In this document: positions 51,730-63,853 of the stretch, one piece after another | Layout: the number at the start of each line of letters is the position of its first letter | Position numbering within the stretch: the stretch's first letter is position 1 | From: Octopus vulgaris | Taxonomy: Eukaryota | Reading direction: 5' to 3' | NCBI GenBank assembly: GCA_951406725.2 | Contig: OX597838.1 | Coordinates: forward strand, 33,852,001-33,916,000 | DNA: 64,000 nucleotides | Notes under the pieces: generated by a model | What the model was told of the DNA's origin: nothing | The model's input: only the letters and a program-made list of their open reading frames with translations | Database searches by the model: none | Program-made: the position numbers and the translations under genes

Positions 51730-52378
51730 ATTTGGTAGCTATTTCTCATAGGCCAGGCAAACCAATAGAGAGACCAGTGGCTTCCTCGTTGTGAGGTAGA
51801 AACAAGTGATGCGAATAAACTGCATAGTTGAATGTGCATAGTTTGAGGGAGATTTGGTAGCTATTTTTAGTAGGCCAGGCAAACCAATAAAGAGAGACTA
51901 GAGTTTAAGTGATTGCAGTTGTTTAATCCAAGCCTACATCAGTGGTTTTCCAACCATGGCCATACCATCTATTTTAGGGTGCATGTGGGACTAACATTAA
52001 CTAGTGTGTCATTCCATTTTTCCTTCCACAACAAAATACTGAGGGAGATTTGGCAGCTATTTCTAGTAGGCCAAGTAAACCAGTTGAGAGAGACTAGAGG
52101 CTAAAAGTAATTGCAGTTGTTTAATCCAAGCCTACATCGGTGGCTTTCCAACCATGGCCATACCATCTATTTTAGGTTGTGTGTGAAACTAACATTAACT
52201 AATGTGTCATTTCCTTTTCTCTCCACAACAGGGTATTGAGGGAGATTTGGTAGCTATTTCTTGTAGGCCAGGCAAACCAATAGAGAGACCAGTGGCTTCC
52301 TCGTTGTGAGATAGAAACACGTGAAGTGAATAAACTGCATAGTTGAATGTGCATAGTTTAGTTGTGTTGTGACGTCAT
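51730..52378. repeat. Dispersed duplicate of the 41885-42736 repeat array
   Basis: Near-identical units and the same unique end cttcctcgttgtgaggtagaaac...gttgtgttgtgacgtcat. Confidence 0.9.
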
Positions 52379-53692
52379 GTATTTGACATGCAAAGGTGTG
52401 TGGGTGTGCATGTGTGTCAGTATATATACACGGACGTGTGTACAAGTGTGTGAACAGATAGTTGAATCTGTGAATATATATATATTGCTGGGTGAGACTT
52501 ACCGTGTTTTTCAGTATAAAAGTCGAAATTTTCAGACCAAAATTTATAGCCAAAAGTGGTAGGTCAACCAATATACTAAGATGACTTTGGAAGACCAAAA
52601 ATTCCATGTGAAATGCAGTAGGGTTCGGAAAGATAGAGATGGTGTTTAAATGGTTATACTATGTTTACACAATATATGTTTCTTTATTACCTACAAGGGG
52701 CCAAACAAGGACAGACAAACGAATTAAGTCGATTACATTGATCCCAGTGCGTAGCTGCTACTTAATTTATCGACCCTGAAAGTATGAAAGGCAAAGTCGA
52801 CCTCGACGGTATTTGAACTCAGAACGTAGCGGCAGATGAAATACCGCTAAGCCTTTCGCCGGCATGCTAACGATTCTGCCAGCTCGCTGCCTAAGTTTAC
52901 ACAATATATGTCAACTTATATGCAGTAAGTGGTTTTGTGTGCTCCTGCAGAGATTACAGTTAATCTACTCGATAAATAAAGGAGATAAAGCTGGGTTCCA
53001 GGAACTTTATGGTCAGCTGATATTCTAGTTATTACACATGCACTCAGTACTAATAAAAGTGTCAATGCATGTGTGTGTGTGTATACATAGTCATAATGTT
53101 TTTGTTTGTAACTTGGCACTCCGTCAGTTATGAGTGTTCCAGTTGATTTGAAATTAACGTGCAAGTGGCTGAGCACTCCACAGACACGTGTGCCCTTAAC
53201 GTAACTCTCAGGGAGATTCAGCAGGACACAGAATGTGCCAAGGCTGGCCATTTGAATTACTGGTATGACTCGTTTTTGCCAGCTGAGTGGACTGGAGCAA
53301 TGTAAAATAAAGTGCCTTTGATCAAGGACACAAGCCACTGGGAATTGAACTCACAACCTTATGATTATTAACCAAATATCCTAACTACTAAGCAACATGT
53401 CTTCACTTTTGTATGTAATATCTAAAACAGGCATCTGTGTATGACATGAATATTATATACACACTCCATGGGTTTGTAATCTATGGCTATTGCGAATCCA
53501 TGGGTGATGAATAAAATTACTTTCTAACCAGCAATTTTTGAATTGTAATATCATATTAAGTTCTAATTAAATTGTTACCTAGTCTTAGTCTTATTCAACA
53601 CTTTTATACTAAACAATATTTATAATCCACACACACATACATAAATATAAGAGTGTTGTAGTTTGTTTGAAGCATTTTGATATGGAGAAAAG

Positions 53693-53995
53693 GTAAAAAG
53701 AGAGAAGATAGAAAACTTCTGACAATGCAGAAAGTTTTATAAAACCTTTATATTTTAGACACAAAGGCCCTTCTTCAGGAGAAAAACAGTCTGGGAAATG
53801 TTGTTAACAAAACCTGCATAACTGCAAAGGTCCATCTTCAGAAGAAAAAAACACCTGGGAAATGTCCAGTTATGCAAGTTTCGTTAACGACATTTCCTAG
53901 ACTGTTTTTCTTTTGAAGAAAGGCCTTTGCACCAGAAATATAAAGGTTTTGTAAAACTTTCTGCATTATCAGAAGCTTTTAATTTTCTCTCTTTA
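53693..53995. repeat. Degenerate fold-back element; arm homolog at about 9826-9912
   Basis: cttctgacaatgcagaaagttttataaaacctttatattt / aaatataaaggttttgtaaaactttctgcattatcagaag. Confidence 0.75.
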
Positions 53996-54088
53996 TGCAT
54001 AAATATAATTTTTTCCCTTCTCTCTGCCATGGGCACAAGGCCTAAAATTTTGACCCCAGCGCCCAACTGGTACATATTTTATCATTCC

Positions 54089-54569
54089 TTAACCCTTTTG
54101 TTACCAACCTTGCTGAAACCGGCTCTGGCTCTGTAGTACAAATGCTTTGTTTTCAAAAGTTCTGAATGAAAATCTTCCACCAAACCTTAGTCACAATTTA
54201 CGTTCCTAACACTAGCTTAATGATAACTAAGTTATTTTACTAAATTCTTTGTTATATTTAAAATAATTGAAAGAAACACAGAGCATCTCAACAGAAATAT
54301 GGTAGCAAAAGGATTAAAATATATAATAGAGAAACAATTCTTAACCCTTTTGATACCAGCCTGGCTGAAACCACCTCTGGCTCTGTAGTACAAATGCTTT
54401 GTTTTCAAAAGTTCTGAATTAAAATCTTCCACCAAACCTTAGTCACAATTTATGTTCCTAATTCTAGTTTAATGATAACTAAGTTATTTTACTAAATTCT
54501 TTGTTATATTTAAAAGTAATTGCAAGAAATACCAAGCATCTCAAAATAAATACAGTAATGAAAGGGTTA
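54089..54569. mobile_element. Two adjacent piggyBac-type MITE copies (54089-54317, 54341-54569); diverged copy near 59327-59540
   Basis: ttaa|cccttttg.tacc ... gta...aaaggg|ttaa. Confidence 0.75.
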
Positions 54570-54698
54570 AAGGATGAACGGCAAAGCCAACACCAGCAGC
54601 ATTGGAGCTCAGAAACTCAAGTCAGAAGAAATGTTTCCACATACACTATCATAATATGTGTCTGTTTACACACACACATGCATGTATATGTATGTGGC

Positions 54699-54732
<34 letters not shown>

Positions 54733-55936
54733 GCATGACACTATTGCCCAAGGTTCCCGTGGTCTTTTCTATCCATGGACAAACCCAATCTGTTTTCCCC
54801 TTTTACATTGACATTACTATGATACATGATCCCTATTGATCAGCCCTACTTTTTTTTCCCACGATCCCTTTTGATGGAAATTCGCCCCCCCCCCTTCTTT
54901 TCTTCCCCAAAAGAAAAGCTCTACTTTGTATTTTGTCCCTTCTGTGTTTAGCCCTGCGTGGCCCATAAAGGAATCTATCTATCTATCTATCTATCTGTCT
55001 ATCTATATATATATATATATATGTATATATATGTTTGGCTGTAAAAATGGGAGGAAGTGTACCTGATATATATATAGTATGAGTTTAAATGCCTGAAATA
55101 GTTGATGATTCATTCCATTGCTACTCAGAGTTTCTTGGTTGTATGTGATTTCTTGAACAGGGACAGCTTAGAATGAATATATACATCTGCATATAAACAT
55201 ACTATTTGTACATAGATGTGTGCGTGTGTGTGCACGTGCAGATATTCAACAGAAAACCTGAACTGCAACAAAGAGAAACCTTTTTTTTTTTTTCCCCTTT
55301 TAAAAAATGATCGCACTTTTTCAATATCATTAGGTAGTGGAAAAAGAAAAATTACACCAAAAAAAAAAAAAAGTTTTAAGAAAGAAAAAAATGAACAAAA
55401 ACAAATAAGAAAAATTAATGTGCATTAATTAAAAAAAATAACATCAAAGCTAAGAAATATAAAGGGATGATTTTTTTTTTCTTTTTAAAAATAAATTTAT
55501 AAAATATTTCTTAGGAAAAAAAAAATAATAAAAAAAAAAAACCCAATAAAAAACAAACACAGATACGCCTTTCCTTAAAAATTTTGTTAAACAATGAAAC
55601 TGTATTGTGTCCTCCGTACAGAGTACAGAGATAAATGAAGTGTTTGTCTGTCTGTCTGTCAGCTGGTCTCAAAGAGAGAAAGAAAGGAAGCAAGAACCAG
55701 CATGAAATGGTGGTGGTTGTGGTGGGAGTGAGGTGGTGAGTTCCTTTGTTTCTGCTTTCTTTTTCTAATTGCTTTATTTTTTTTTTTTAATTCATTTTAA
55801 TTTTTGTTCTTTTTTTTTTAGAGGGGGAGGATAGTGGCATTTCTTTTTCTTCTTTGGAATTGCTTGAAAAGGAAGCTATCACTTATATATATATATGTAT
55901 ATATATACATATATATATGTGTGTGTGTGTGTGTAA

Positions 55937-55978
<42 letters not shown>

Positions 55979-56266
55979 CATACATATATACATACACCAC
56001 ACAAACACATGTGCGCATATCATATACACACACAATGTGTATCTATATATATATGTATATATGTGTGTTTATATATATATGCACACAATATATATATATA
56101 TAAATATGTATACACACACGTGTGTATACATGTGTGCATATATGTGTGCGCATGTGTGTGCATATATGTGCGTGTGTGAATTAATTGTGTGTGCGTATAT
56201 TTTTTTACATGTGTGATATATATAAATAAATATAACTATATTTATATAAACACGTGTATATATTTA

Positions 56267-56314
<48 letters not shown>

Positions 56315-56461
56315 CATGTGTGCGTGTGTGTGTGTGTATACATATATGTCCTATGGTATATAGATAGGAAGCAACAGAGTTGATGCACCACTGGGCAGCA
56401 AATGCAGCAGCCGATTACTGAGATGTTTAAAGGTTCGACAAGGCTGTGCTGTGTTGCCGTC

Positions 56462-56589
56462 CTATTCATTATCCGCCGCCTCGTCATCTTCATCCTCCTC
56501 CTCTTCCTCCATCAGTTTCTTCGCCAGCAGTACAGCCTGGTATTCATTATAATGTAGCTTGCGCTTCTTCTCAAACAATAGGTGTTGCT
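56462..56589 (-). CDS. PPP1R2: Protein phosphatase inhibitor-2, terminal coding exon (QQHLLFEKKRKLHYNEYQAVLLAKKLMEEEEEDEDDEAADNE*)
   Basis: I-2 helix motif FExKRKLHYNE; polypyrimidine tract and ttcag| acceptor; TAG stop at 56464-56462. Confidence 0.93.
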
Positions 56590-56642
56590 CTGAAAGTGCG
56601 GAGCAAAAAAAAGGAAATGATAATAATAATAATAATAATAAT

Positions 56643-57085
56643 ATTGTTAATTGACATGAGTATTCCTTGCGATCACAATATAGCAGCAAAAGAATTTGAC
56701 AAGATTAGTAAATATAAGGACTTGCTAATGGAAATTGAAAAAAAAATGTGGCATCTCAGGTAGACTACAGTACCAGTGATTGTGGGATCTCGAGGAATGA
56801 TAAAAAAAAAGGTACTGAAACCTATTTGAAAATGATACCAGGCTTTCCATCCCTACAGGAAGTGCAAAAAATCGTGTTGACTGGAACGGCTCATGTACTG
56901 AGAAGAGCATTATCGCTGTGGAAACAACATCCATCCATGAATTTATTTATTCATTAATTTTTTAAATACATATTTTACCTGTGAATTTGCGTGTGTAATC
57001 TGGGAATGCATACAATGAGCTTCTCTGCCCTAGGTGTACGGAAAACACTTGGCGAGAAACGGAAGAAAATTTGAAGAAAGAAGGA
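56643..57085 (+). mobile_element. Dong/R4-clade non-LTR 3' fragment inside (aat)n, in a PPP1R2 intron
   Basis: LLIDMSIPCDHNIAAKEFDKISKYKDL...VPVIVG...LQEVQKIVLTGTAHVLRRALS; (aat)n on both sides. Confidence 0.85.
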
Positions 57086-57188
57086 ATAATAATAATAATA
57101 ATCATGATGGGTATACTGGACATCACATATTTTACCCCAGTGTGATGGCATGCACTGCTCTCTCACTCAATAATAATAATAATAATAA

Positions 57189-57744
57189 ATGCCCTGATAC
57201 AGTACCAGGCAGTGGCTCTCATGGCTTCTGATCTTAACTGATTGGAAGTGTTATCATGTACATTGTTTTGTCTTGGTATTAAAGATGGGCTACAGCAAAT
57301 ATTCTGTTCAATACCACAGATTTGCTTGTCAGTTGTTTGACCATATCCAGTTGAGCATGTCCCTTAGTGGCTGACAACATGTGCACCTCTGATCATGAGC
57401 AGAAGTAGTTGGGGAGCATCATAGCCGTGTGTTGAAAGGAATTCTTAGAGGTTTGAATAATTCACCACTGGAAAAATGGGTGTTTCGTTCAACATCCTTA
57501 AACAATCCTTATTCAGGGACCTTTTGAGTGGGATAGGTTACTCGACCAGAAGAAAATTCTAACTGGGCCCCACTTGCAAGGTCATGTGCTGTTTATCTCG
57601 ATATGAGATCACCATGTCATGCACATATGGTTGTGATGCATGTGCTTGGGGTACTCTTATCAGATGGGTAGTCATGTTGGGTAGACTGGGCTTCGTATAT
57701 TTTACCCCAGTGTCACTTTGATGGCATGCACTGCTCTCTCACTC
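57189..57744 (+). mobile_element. Family G non-autonomous element, longest copy, flanked by (aat)n; extra 3' fragment at 57102-57168
   Basis: 3' end ...gatggcatgcactgctctctcactc(aat)n is shared by four copies. Confidence 0.78.
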
Positions 57745-57778
<34 letters not shown>

Positions 57779-57789
57779 TAATATTAATA

Positions 57790-58222
57790 ATGGTTTCAAA
57801 TTTTGGCACAAGGCCATCAGTTTTGGGGGAGAGGCATAGCCAATTACATCGACCCCACTGGTCCCTTTTTTCATCAACCCCAAAAGGATGAAAGGCAAAG
57901 GAAAGCTTGGTGGCATTTGAACTCAGAACATAAAGATGGATGAAATACTGCTAAGCATTTCATCCAGTGTGCTAACAATTCTGCCAGCTTGCCGCCTTAA
58001 TAATAATCCTTTCTACTAAAGGCACAAGGCCTGGAATTTGTGGGGAAGGGGTCTAGTCAATAACACTGATCCCAGTGTTTCACGGGTACTTAATTTATTG
58101 ACCCTGAAAGGATGCAAGGCAAAGTCGACCTTGGCAGAATTTGAACTCAGAACATAGTGACAGGCGAAATACCATTAAGCATTCTGCCCGGTGTGCTAAC
58201 GATTCTGCCAGTTCACCACCTT
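57790..58222 (-). mobile_element. Two SINE family B short-tail copies
   Basis: Consensus core; (aat)n junctions. Confidence 0.85.
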
Positions 58223-59544
58223 AATTGACTCTGAAAGGATGAAAGGCAGGCGACCTAATAATTATAATAATGATAATAATAATAGTAGCAGTCATCGTCA
58301 TCATTGTTTAGCATCTGTTTTCCATGCTGGCATGGATGAGATGGTTTGAATGGTAAGCCAGAGAGCTGCACCAGGCTCCAGTCTGTTTTGGCTTGGTTTC
58401 TATGGCTGGATGCCCTTCCTAATGCCAACCACTCCACAGTGTACTGGATGCCTTTTACGTTTCACCAGCATGGAAGCTTCCTACGTGCCACTGGCACAGG
58501 TGCCTTCTTCATGTCATCGGCACAGATGCCTTTTACATGCCACCAACAAAAAAAAAGGGGGGAGGGGCGAGCTGGCAGAAACGTTAGCATACCAGGCGAA
58601 ATGCTTAACAGCATGTTGTCTGTCTTTACGTTCTGAGTTCAAATTCCACCGTGGTCGACTTTGTCTTTCATCCTTTTGGGGTCAATAAATTAAGTACCAG
58701 TTAAGCACTGGGGTCACTGTAATTGACTTAAACCTTTTGTTCATCCTTGTTGTCCCCTCTATGTTTAGCCCCTTGTGGGCAATAAAGAAATAAGCATGAG
58801 TGCCCTACACCTGTCACCGGCACGGGTGCCTTACACGTGTCTCTGGCACAGGTGCCTTTTATGTGTCACTGGTACTAGCCATGAAAAAATGTAGAACGCT
58901 TCATGTAGTTAACTAAATAAATGTGACTTATATACATTTGTGCGGAGGCACAATGGCCCAGTGGTTAGGGCAGCAGACTTGCGGCCGGAGGATCGCGGTT
59001 TCGATTCCCAGACTGGGCGTTGTGTGTGTTTATAGAGCAAAAGCACCTAAAAGCTCCACGAGGCTCCGGCAGGGGATGGTGGTGACCCCTGCTGTACGCT
59101 TTCGCCACAACTTTCTCTCACGCTCTCTTCCTGTTTCTTGAGTAACACTGCGATGGACTGGCTTCCCGTCCGGCTGAGGGGGAACACATGCCACAGAAAT
59201 CGGGAAATCGGGCCCATGAGCCTGGCAAGGCTTGAAAAGGGCGACGTTTATATACACTTGTGTGTGTGTGTGTGTGTGCTACTAGAGAATAGCTGCTAGC
59301 CGTGCTATTTGGCTCCCAGATTTCCAGTTAACTCTTTTAATACTAACCTTCCCAAGACTGCCCTAGTTCTGTGATACAAACTTTGTTTTAAATTGATTTA
59401 AACTAAAACCTTGAAGCTAATTAACGTCCCCAAAATAACCAGCTTTATAATGACAAAGTTAATTAACCAAATTCTTCATTATCTTTAAAACTGCCTGAAA
59501 CAAAGGCAATGTATTTCATTAGAAATGTGGTAAAAAGAGCAAAG

Positions 59545-59760
59545 AACCCTTTCGGTCGTGAATGACCAAGGGATTGCACCCAGAAAGTTCCGCTCCTAGG
59601 TACAAGTTCAGGCAGCATTGTGTATGGGAGACCAGCAGTTGCCCATGCAAACCAGCTTCCCTTCAATACATCACCTGTGTTATCCAAGGGAAAGGCAAAG
59701 GGGCTGATACAGCTTGGCATCAGTGATGTAGCAGTTCATCTCTACAGCTGAGTGAACTGA
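59545..59760 (-). mobile_element. Probable RTE-related UTR or SINE fragment
   Basis: tccaagggaaaggcaaaggggctgatacagcttggcatcag resembles RTE-type UTR sequence from memory; not verified. Confidence 0.4.
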
Positions 59761-59797
59761 GAATCGGTCCGAGGAGGGACAGAGGGAGGGAGGGAGG

Positions 59798-59865
<68 letters not shown>

Positions 59866-59881
59866 TTGAATGTGTTCTTAC

Positions 59882-59967
59882 GTTTCATCTCTTCAGTTTC
59901 AGTTTCTTCTTCGGAACTGCCTTCTGAGTCATTGCTTAACACTTTGGCAGCTCTACTGTCTTGTAAC
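59882..59967 (-). CDS. PPP1R2: Protein phosphatase inhibitor-2, internal exon (R/LQDSRAAKVLSNDSEGSSEEETETEEMK)
   Basis: Acceptor ccctctgtag|G and donor C|gtaaga. Phase matches both flanking exons (AG+G=Arg; C+AG=Gln). The acidic SSEEE segment corresponds to the SSGEED region of I-2. Confidence 0.88.
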
Positions 59968-60582
59968 CTACAGAGGGCAAGGCGAAGGGCCAGAAAGGAG
60001 GAGGAGGAGGAGAGAAGAATAAAGAAAAGAATTAAATTAAAATTCAACAAGGAATTCTCAACATTAAACACACAAACAGAGCGTTGCACACATGATTGTG
60101 AGGTCATGGTTTCAATTCCTAGACTGGGCGGTGTGTTGTGTTCTTGAGCAAAACACTTCGTTTCACGTTGCACTTCGATACCTGATGCATGGTACACTGT
60201 TCAGGTAACGTCAGTTTGATGGAGGCAGTGAGCTAATGCACAGCACACACATTTGACCACTATAAACAATTCATTTGTGCATGTCATTCGGCAAAAACTG
60301 AACACTCATGTCATCTTTGACGGGAGAATCTCTCACACACACATATATACATATCGCCTTACTGGCACTTGTGCCTGTGCTAGTAGGGTGCCAAGAGCAC
60401 CATCCGAGTATATATTATATACCAAATCCACTCACAAGGCTTTGGTTGGCCCAAGGCTATAGTAGAAGACACTTATCCAAGGTGCCATGCAGTGGGACTG
60501 AACCCAGAACCATGTGGTTCGTAAGCAAGCTACTTACCACACAGCATATATGTGTGTGTGTGTGTATATATATATATAATAT

Positions 60583-61035
60583 TAGGGAATAAATCCAAAC
60601 TTACAGGGAAAAATCAGATTTAGGATTGAATCCAATTTTATAGTAAAATATTATATTATATTAAATTAGAGATAAAACCACTATTAGGCAAATCATACAA
60701 TGAAAAACTTAAGCCAATACATAAGATTATCTAATTTATATTATTTAAATATATAACAAAATTATTAAAAAAATATAATTAATATAACACTACGATTGTT
60801 TCATGGCTGTTAATTTCTTTAAATTTTCGAGTTACAGTCATTCATCAGGTGGTTTAAATATTTAACTTGGCGAGGTTTAATCCATGAAACGATCGTAGTG
60901 TTATATTAATTATATTTTTTTAATAATTTTGTTATATATTTAAATAATATAAATTAAATAATCTTATGTATTGGCTTAAGTTTTTCATTGTATGATTTGC
61001 CTAATAGTGGTTTTATCTCTAATTTAATATAATAT
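60583..61035. mobile_element. TA-flanked fold-back element with a hammerhead motif. Related fragments at 20886-21000 and 22497-22620
   Basis: Arms at about 60651-60806 and 60882-61035 are near-perfect reverse complements. Confidence 0.85.
60788..60851 (-). ncRNA. Putative type I hammerhead ribozyme (Penelope-like)
   Basis: cac-CTGATGA-ATGACTG...CAGCCAT-GAAA-CAATCG-TA-gtg; the opposite arm keeps the perfect palindrome GAAACGATCGTAGTG (60886-60900). Confidence 0.65.
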
Positions 61036-61051
61036 ATATATATATATATGG

Positions 61052-61401
61052 ACTGGGGCACCACTTTGAAGTGTTTAATCAAACAAGTTGACCCTAGAAC
61101 ATATCTTTTGGAAGTCTGGTACTTATTCTATTGGTCTCTGTTGCTAAACCACAAAGTCACAGGGACGTAAACAAACCAACACTGATTGTCAAGCAATGAT
61201 GACACACACATACACACGTACACATAGATACACACCCTATGGGCTTTTTTCAGTTTATGTCGATCCAAATTCACTCACAAGACTTTAGTTGGCCAGGGGC
61301 TATAGTGGAAGACACTTACCCAAGATGTCATGCAGTGCGACTGAACCCAGAACCTTGTGATTGGGAAGCAAGCTTCTTACCACACATCTACACCTGCACC
61401 T
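61052..61401 (-). mobile_element. Diverged SINE family A; partial copy also at 60420-60546
   Basis: Reverse complement of the consensus. Confidence 0.8.
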
Positions 61402-61543
61402 ATACGTGACCCCAAGGCTAGTCTAGAAAGCATTTACTCTGAGGTACAGTGCAAGACGTTTGAACCTCAAATCTCATAACTGAGTTGAAAACCTAACCCC
61501 TCACTCATGTTCACACCCAAGAATCCTACAAATTTTACTCAAC

Positions 61544-61771
61544 CTTTCAATAAGGTCAGTGGGGTTTAGCTCTTCTGTGGCATCAAAGCTCCTCTGTTTT
61601 CCTTTCTTTGATTTGGCTTTGCTAGTTGAGCATTCCTCATCATCGTCTTCTTGATCTGAGAGTCTGGCATAGGGCGTAGGAGGCTCATCAACTTTCATGT
61701 GGCCATAGTCTTTACCAGGAGGATGGTGTGTGGCAAGGATATTCATCTCATCCCATTTTGTTTCTTTTCGC
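61544..61771 (-). CDS. PPP1R2: Protein phosphatase inhibitor-2, internal exon ([34 protein letters not shown]...LNPTDLIER)
   Basis: Contains the I-2 signatures [13 protein letters not shown] and KDYGxMK(I/V)DEPxTPY. Acceptor ...gtttttccag|G with AG at 61773-61772; donor AG|gttgag at 61543. 228 nt, phase 2-2. Confidence 0.95.
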
Positions 61772-62080
61772 CTGGAAAAACATAACAGCAACAAATAGAT
61801 GAATAAAAGGAAAAAAAAAATTGCAGCATTATTAACAGTATCACATTCTTCTTCTTCTTCTTATTATTATCTTTTATGTTTTCTAATCATGTGTGTCAGC
61901 CCTTGTGGCCAATAAAAAGAATTAATTATTATTATTAGCATTATTATTAAGTAGTCCTTATTTTTATCATTTGCTTTCATTGTACTATTGAGCGCAGCTC
62001 TGGGTGCCTTGGGTGTGTGCTGTGGTTGTTTTTTTTTTGCTATTTTCACTACGTTGTTGTTGTTATTATTATTATTATTA

Positions 62081-62587
62081 TCTGTATATATAAAAGGCAG
62101 GATGTGTTTGTGTGTGCGTGAATGTAATTTATGTACGTCAACAAATTAGTATGCATGTAGCCCCAATTTTAGGAGGACATTCATCATGACCCTAGCTGTG
62201 TTTTCATCAACTTATTTTTACCAGAGGTACCAACAAATAGCAGTAAAAATAAATTTTCAACCAAGACTTTTAGCAATTTTCAAGTTGGAGAAATTACCAT
62301 TGTTTGCAAACAGGAGTTAAGTCCCCATCTAGTGACGAGTAGGTTTTTGTTAAGACTTTTGTTGTTTTATTTCGAGGAAAAACGTGTTTTGTTGATATAT
62401 GGGCAACACACATGAACATGTATGTGTACAAAAAACATATGTATATAAATATATATATATAAACCAATTTCAACAGATTCCACCCAAATTTGACGTCAAT
62501 GTTACTTACTTTGGTTTGAAATAAAGAACTTGATTAGCTTAATAATCCTAACTTAATCCCGGGCAAAGCCGGATGTTATACTGCTAG
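62081..62587 (+). mobile_element. Non-autonomous Helitron
   Basis: A|TCtgtatatataaaaggcag 5' end shared with 1212-1538; 3' hairpin atcccgggcaaagccggat then CTAG|T; inserted in (att)n. Confidence 0.82.
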
Positions 62588-62597
62588 TTATTATTAT

Positions 62598-63412
62598 AAA
62601 GCAGTGAGCTGACAGAATTGTAAGCACGCTGGCTGAAAAGCTTAGCAGTATCTCATCTGTCTTTACGTTCTGAGTTCAAATTCCACCAAGGTCAACTTTG
62701 CCTTTTATCCTTTCGGGGCCGATAAAATAAGTACCAGTTGAGTACTGGGGGGTTGATATAATTGACTATCCTCCTCCCCCAAATTTCAAACTTTGTGTCT
62801 ATAGTAGAAAGGATCATTATTATTATCATCAAAGCAGCAAGCTCGTAGAATCGTTAGACCTGCTGTGTGAAATGCTTAGGGGCATTTTGTCTGTCTTTAT
62901 ATTCTAGGTTCAAATTCCACCGAGGTTGACTTATCCTTTCAGGGTCAATAAAATAAGCACCAGTCGAGCACCGATGTTGATGTAATCAACTTACTCATAC
63001 CCTAAAATTCCTGGCCTTGTCCCAAAATTTGAAACTATTAAGGGCTCTCTACCCCCTTTTTGACCAGGCTCCCGAGGTTTTTATGGGTTTTTCCACGAGT
63101 AACCTTTCGAAGCACCTCCCCCCATTGGGAGTTTTTTACTTGTTATATTTTCGTTGTTATCTTGCATTTTTACACAGTCTTTTCAAACGGACAAAACCCT
63201 TTTGTAACTTTTGTCCTGTATTTTGTCCCTACATGTTTTATTTGATTTTTGTTAGCCCTTGTGGCCAATAAACGAGAATCAATTATTATCATTATTATTA
63301 AGGTGGAGAGCCAGCAGAATCATTAACACGCCAGGAGAAATGCTTATTTTGTCTGTCGCTATATTCTGTGTTCAAATTTCGCCAAGGTTGACTTTGCCTT
63401 TCATCCTTTCAG
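62598..63412 (+). mobile_element. Three SINE family B copies (heads at about 62598, 62831, 63300)
   Basis: Consensus heads following (att)n. Confidence 0.8.
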
Positions 63413-63472
63413 TAGACACTGAAAGGGATCTATTTTTAAGTGGCTATTCTAGTGAAAGTCCTTTATGTACTA

Positions 63473-63853
63473 CTAGCAGTATCGCCCGGCATTGCTCGGG
63501 TTTGTAAGGGAAATAACTATATAAGCATTTTTAGAGAGTTATAGCCAAAAAATAACAAAAAAATGCATTAAAAATGATGGTAAATTTTTAAAAAATCATT
63601 GACTCATCGTAGACATTTTTAGAGAGTTACTTCCCATATATAATGGCGAAAAAAATGCATTAAAATGGAAAAAATGATGATAAATTTTTTTTTAAATCGT
63701 AGACTCATCTTAGACGCGCGCTAATACCCAGAAGGGCTCGATATGAATCACGACTATAAGATACCCGGTTTTGGTTAAACTGCACCGCAAAATGTGGGAG
63801 TAGTTAGGAATCTAAATCGTAGGAGACAGACACACAACTTGACTTTTATATAT
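63473..63853 (-). mobile_element. Non-autonomous Helitron (5' end uncertain)
   Basis: CTAG at 63473-63476 next to hairpin cccggcattgctcggg. The other end resembles ...acacacaacttgacttttatatat but a clear 5' TC is not seen. Confidence 0.68.
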
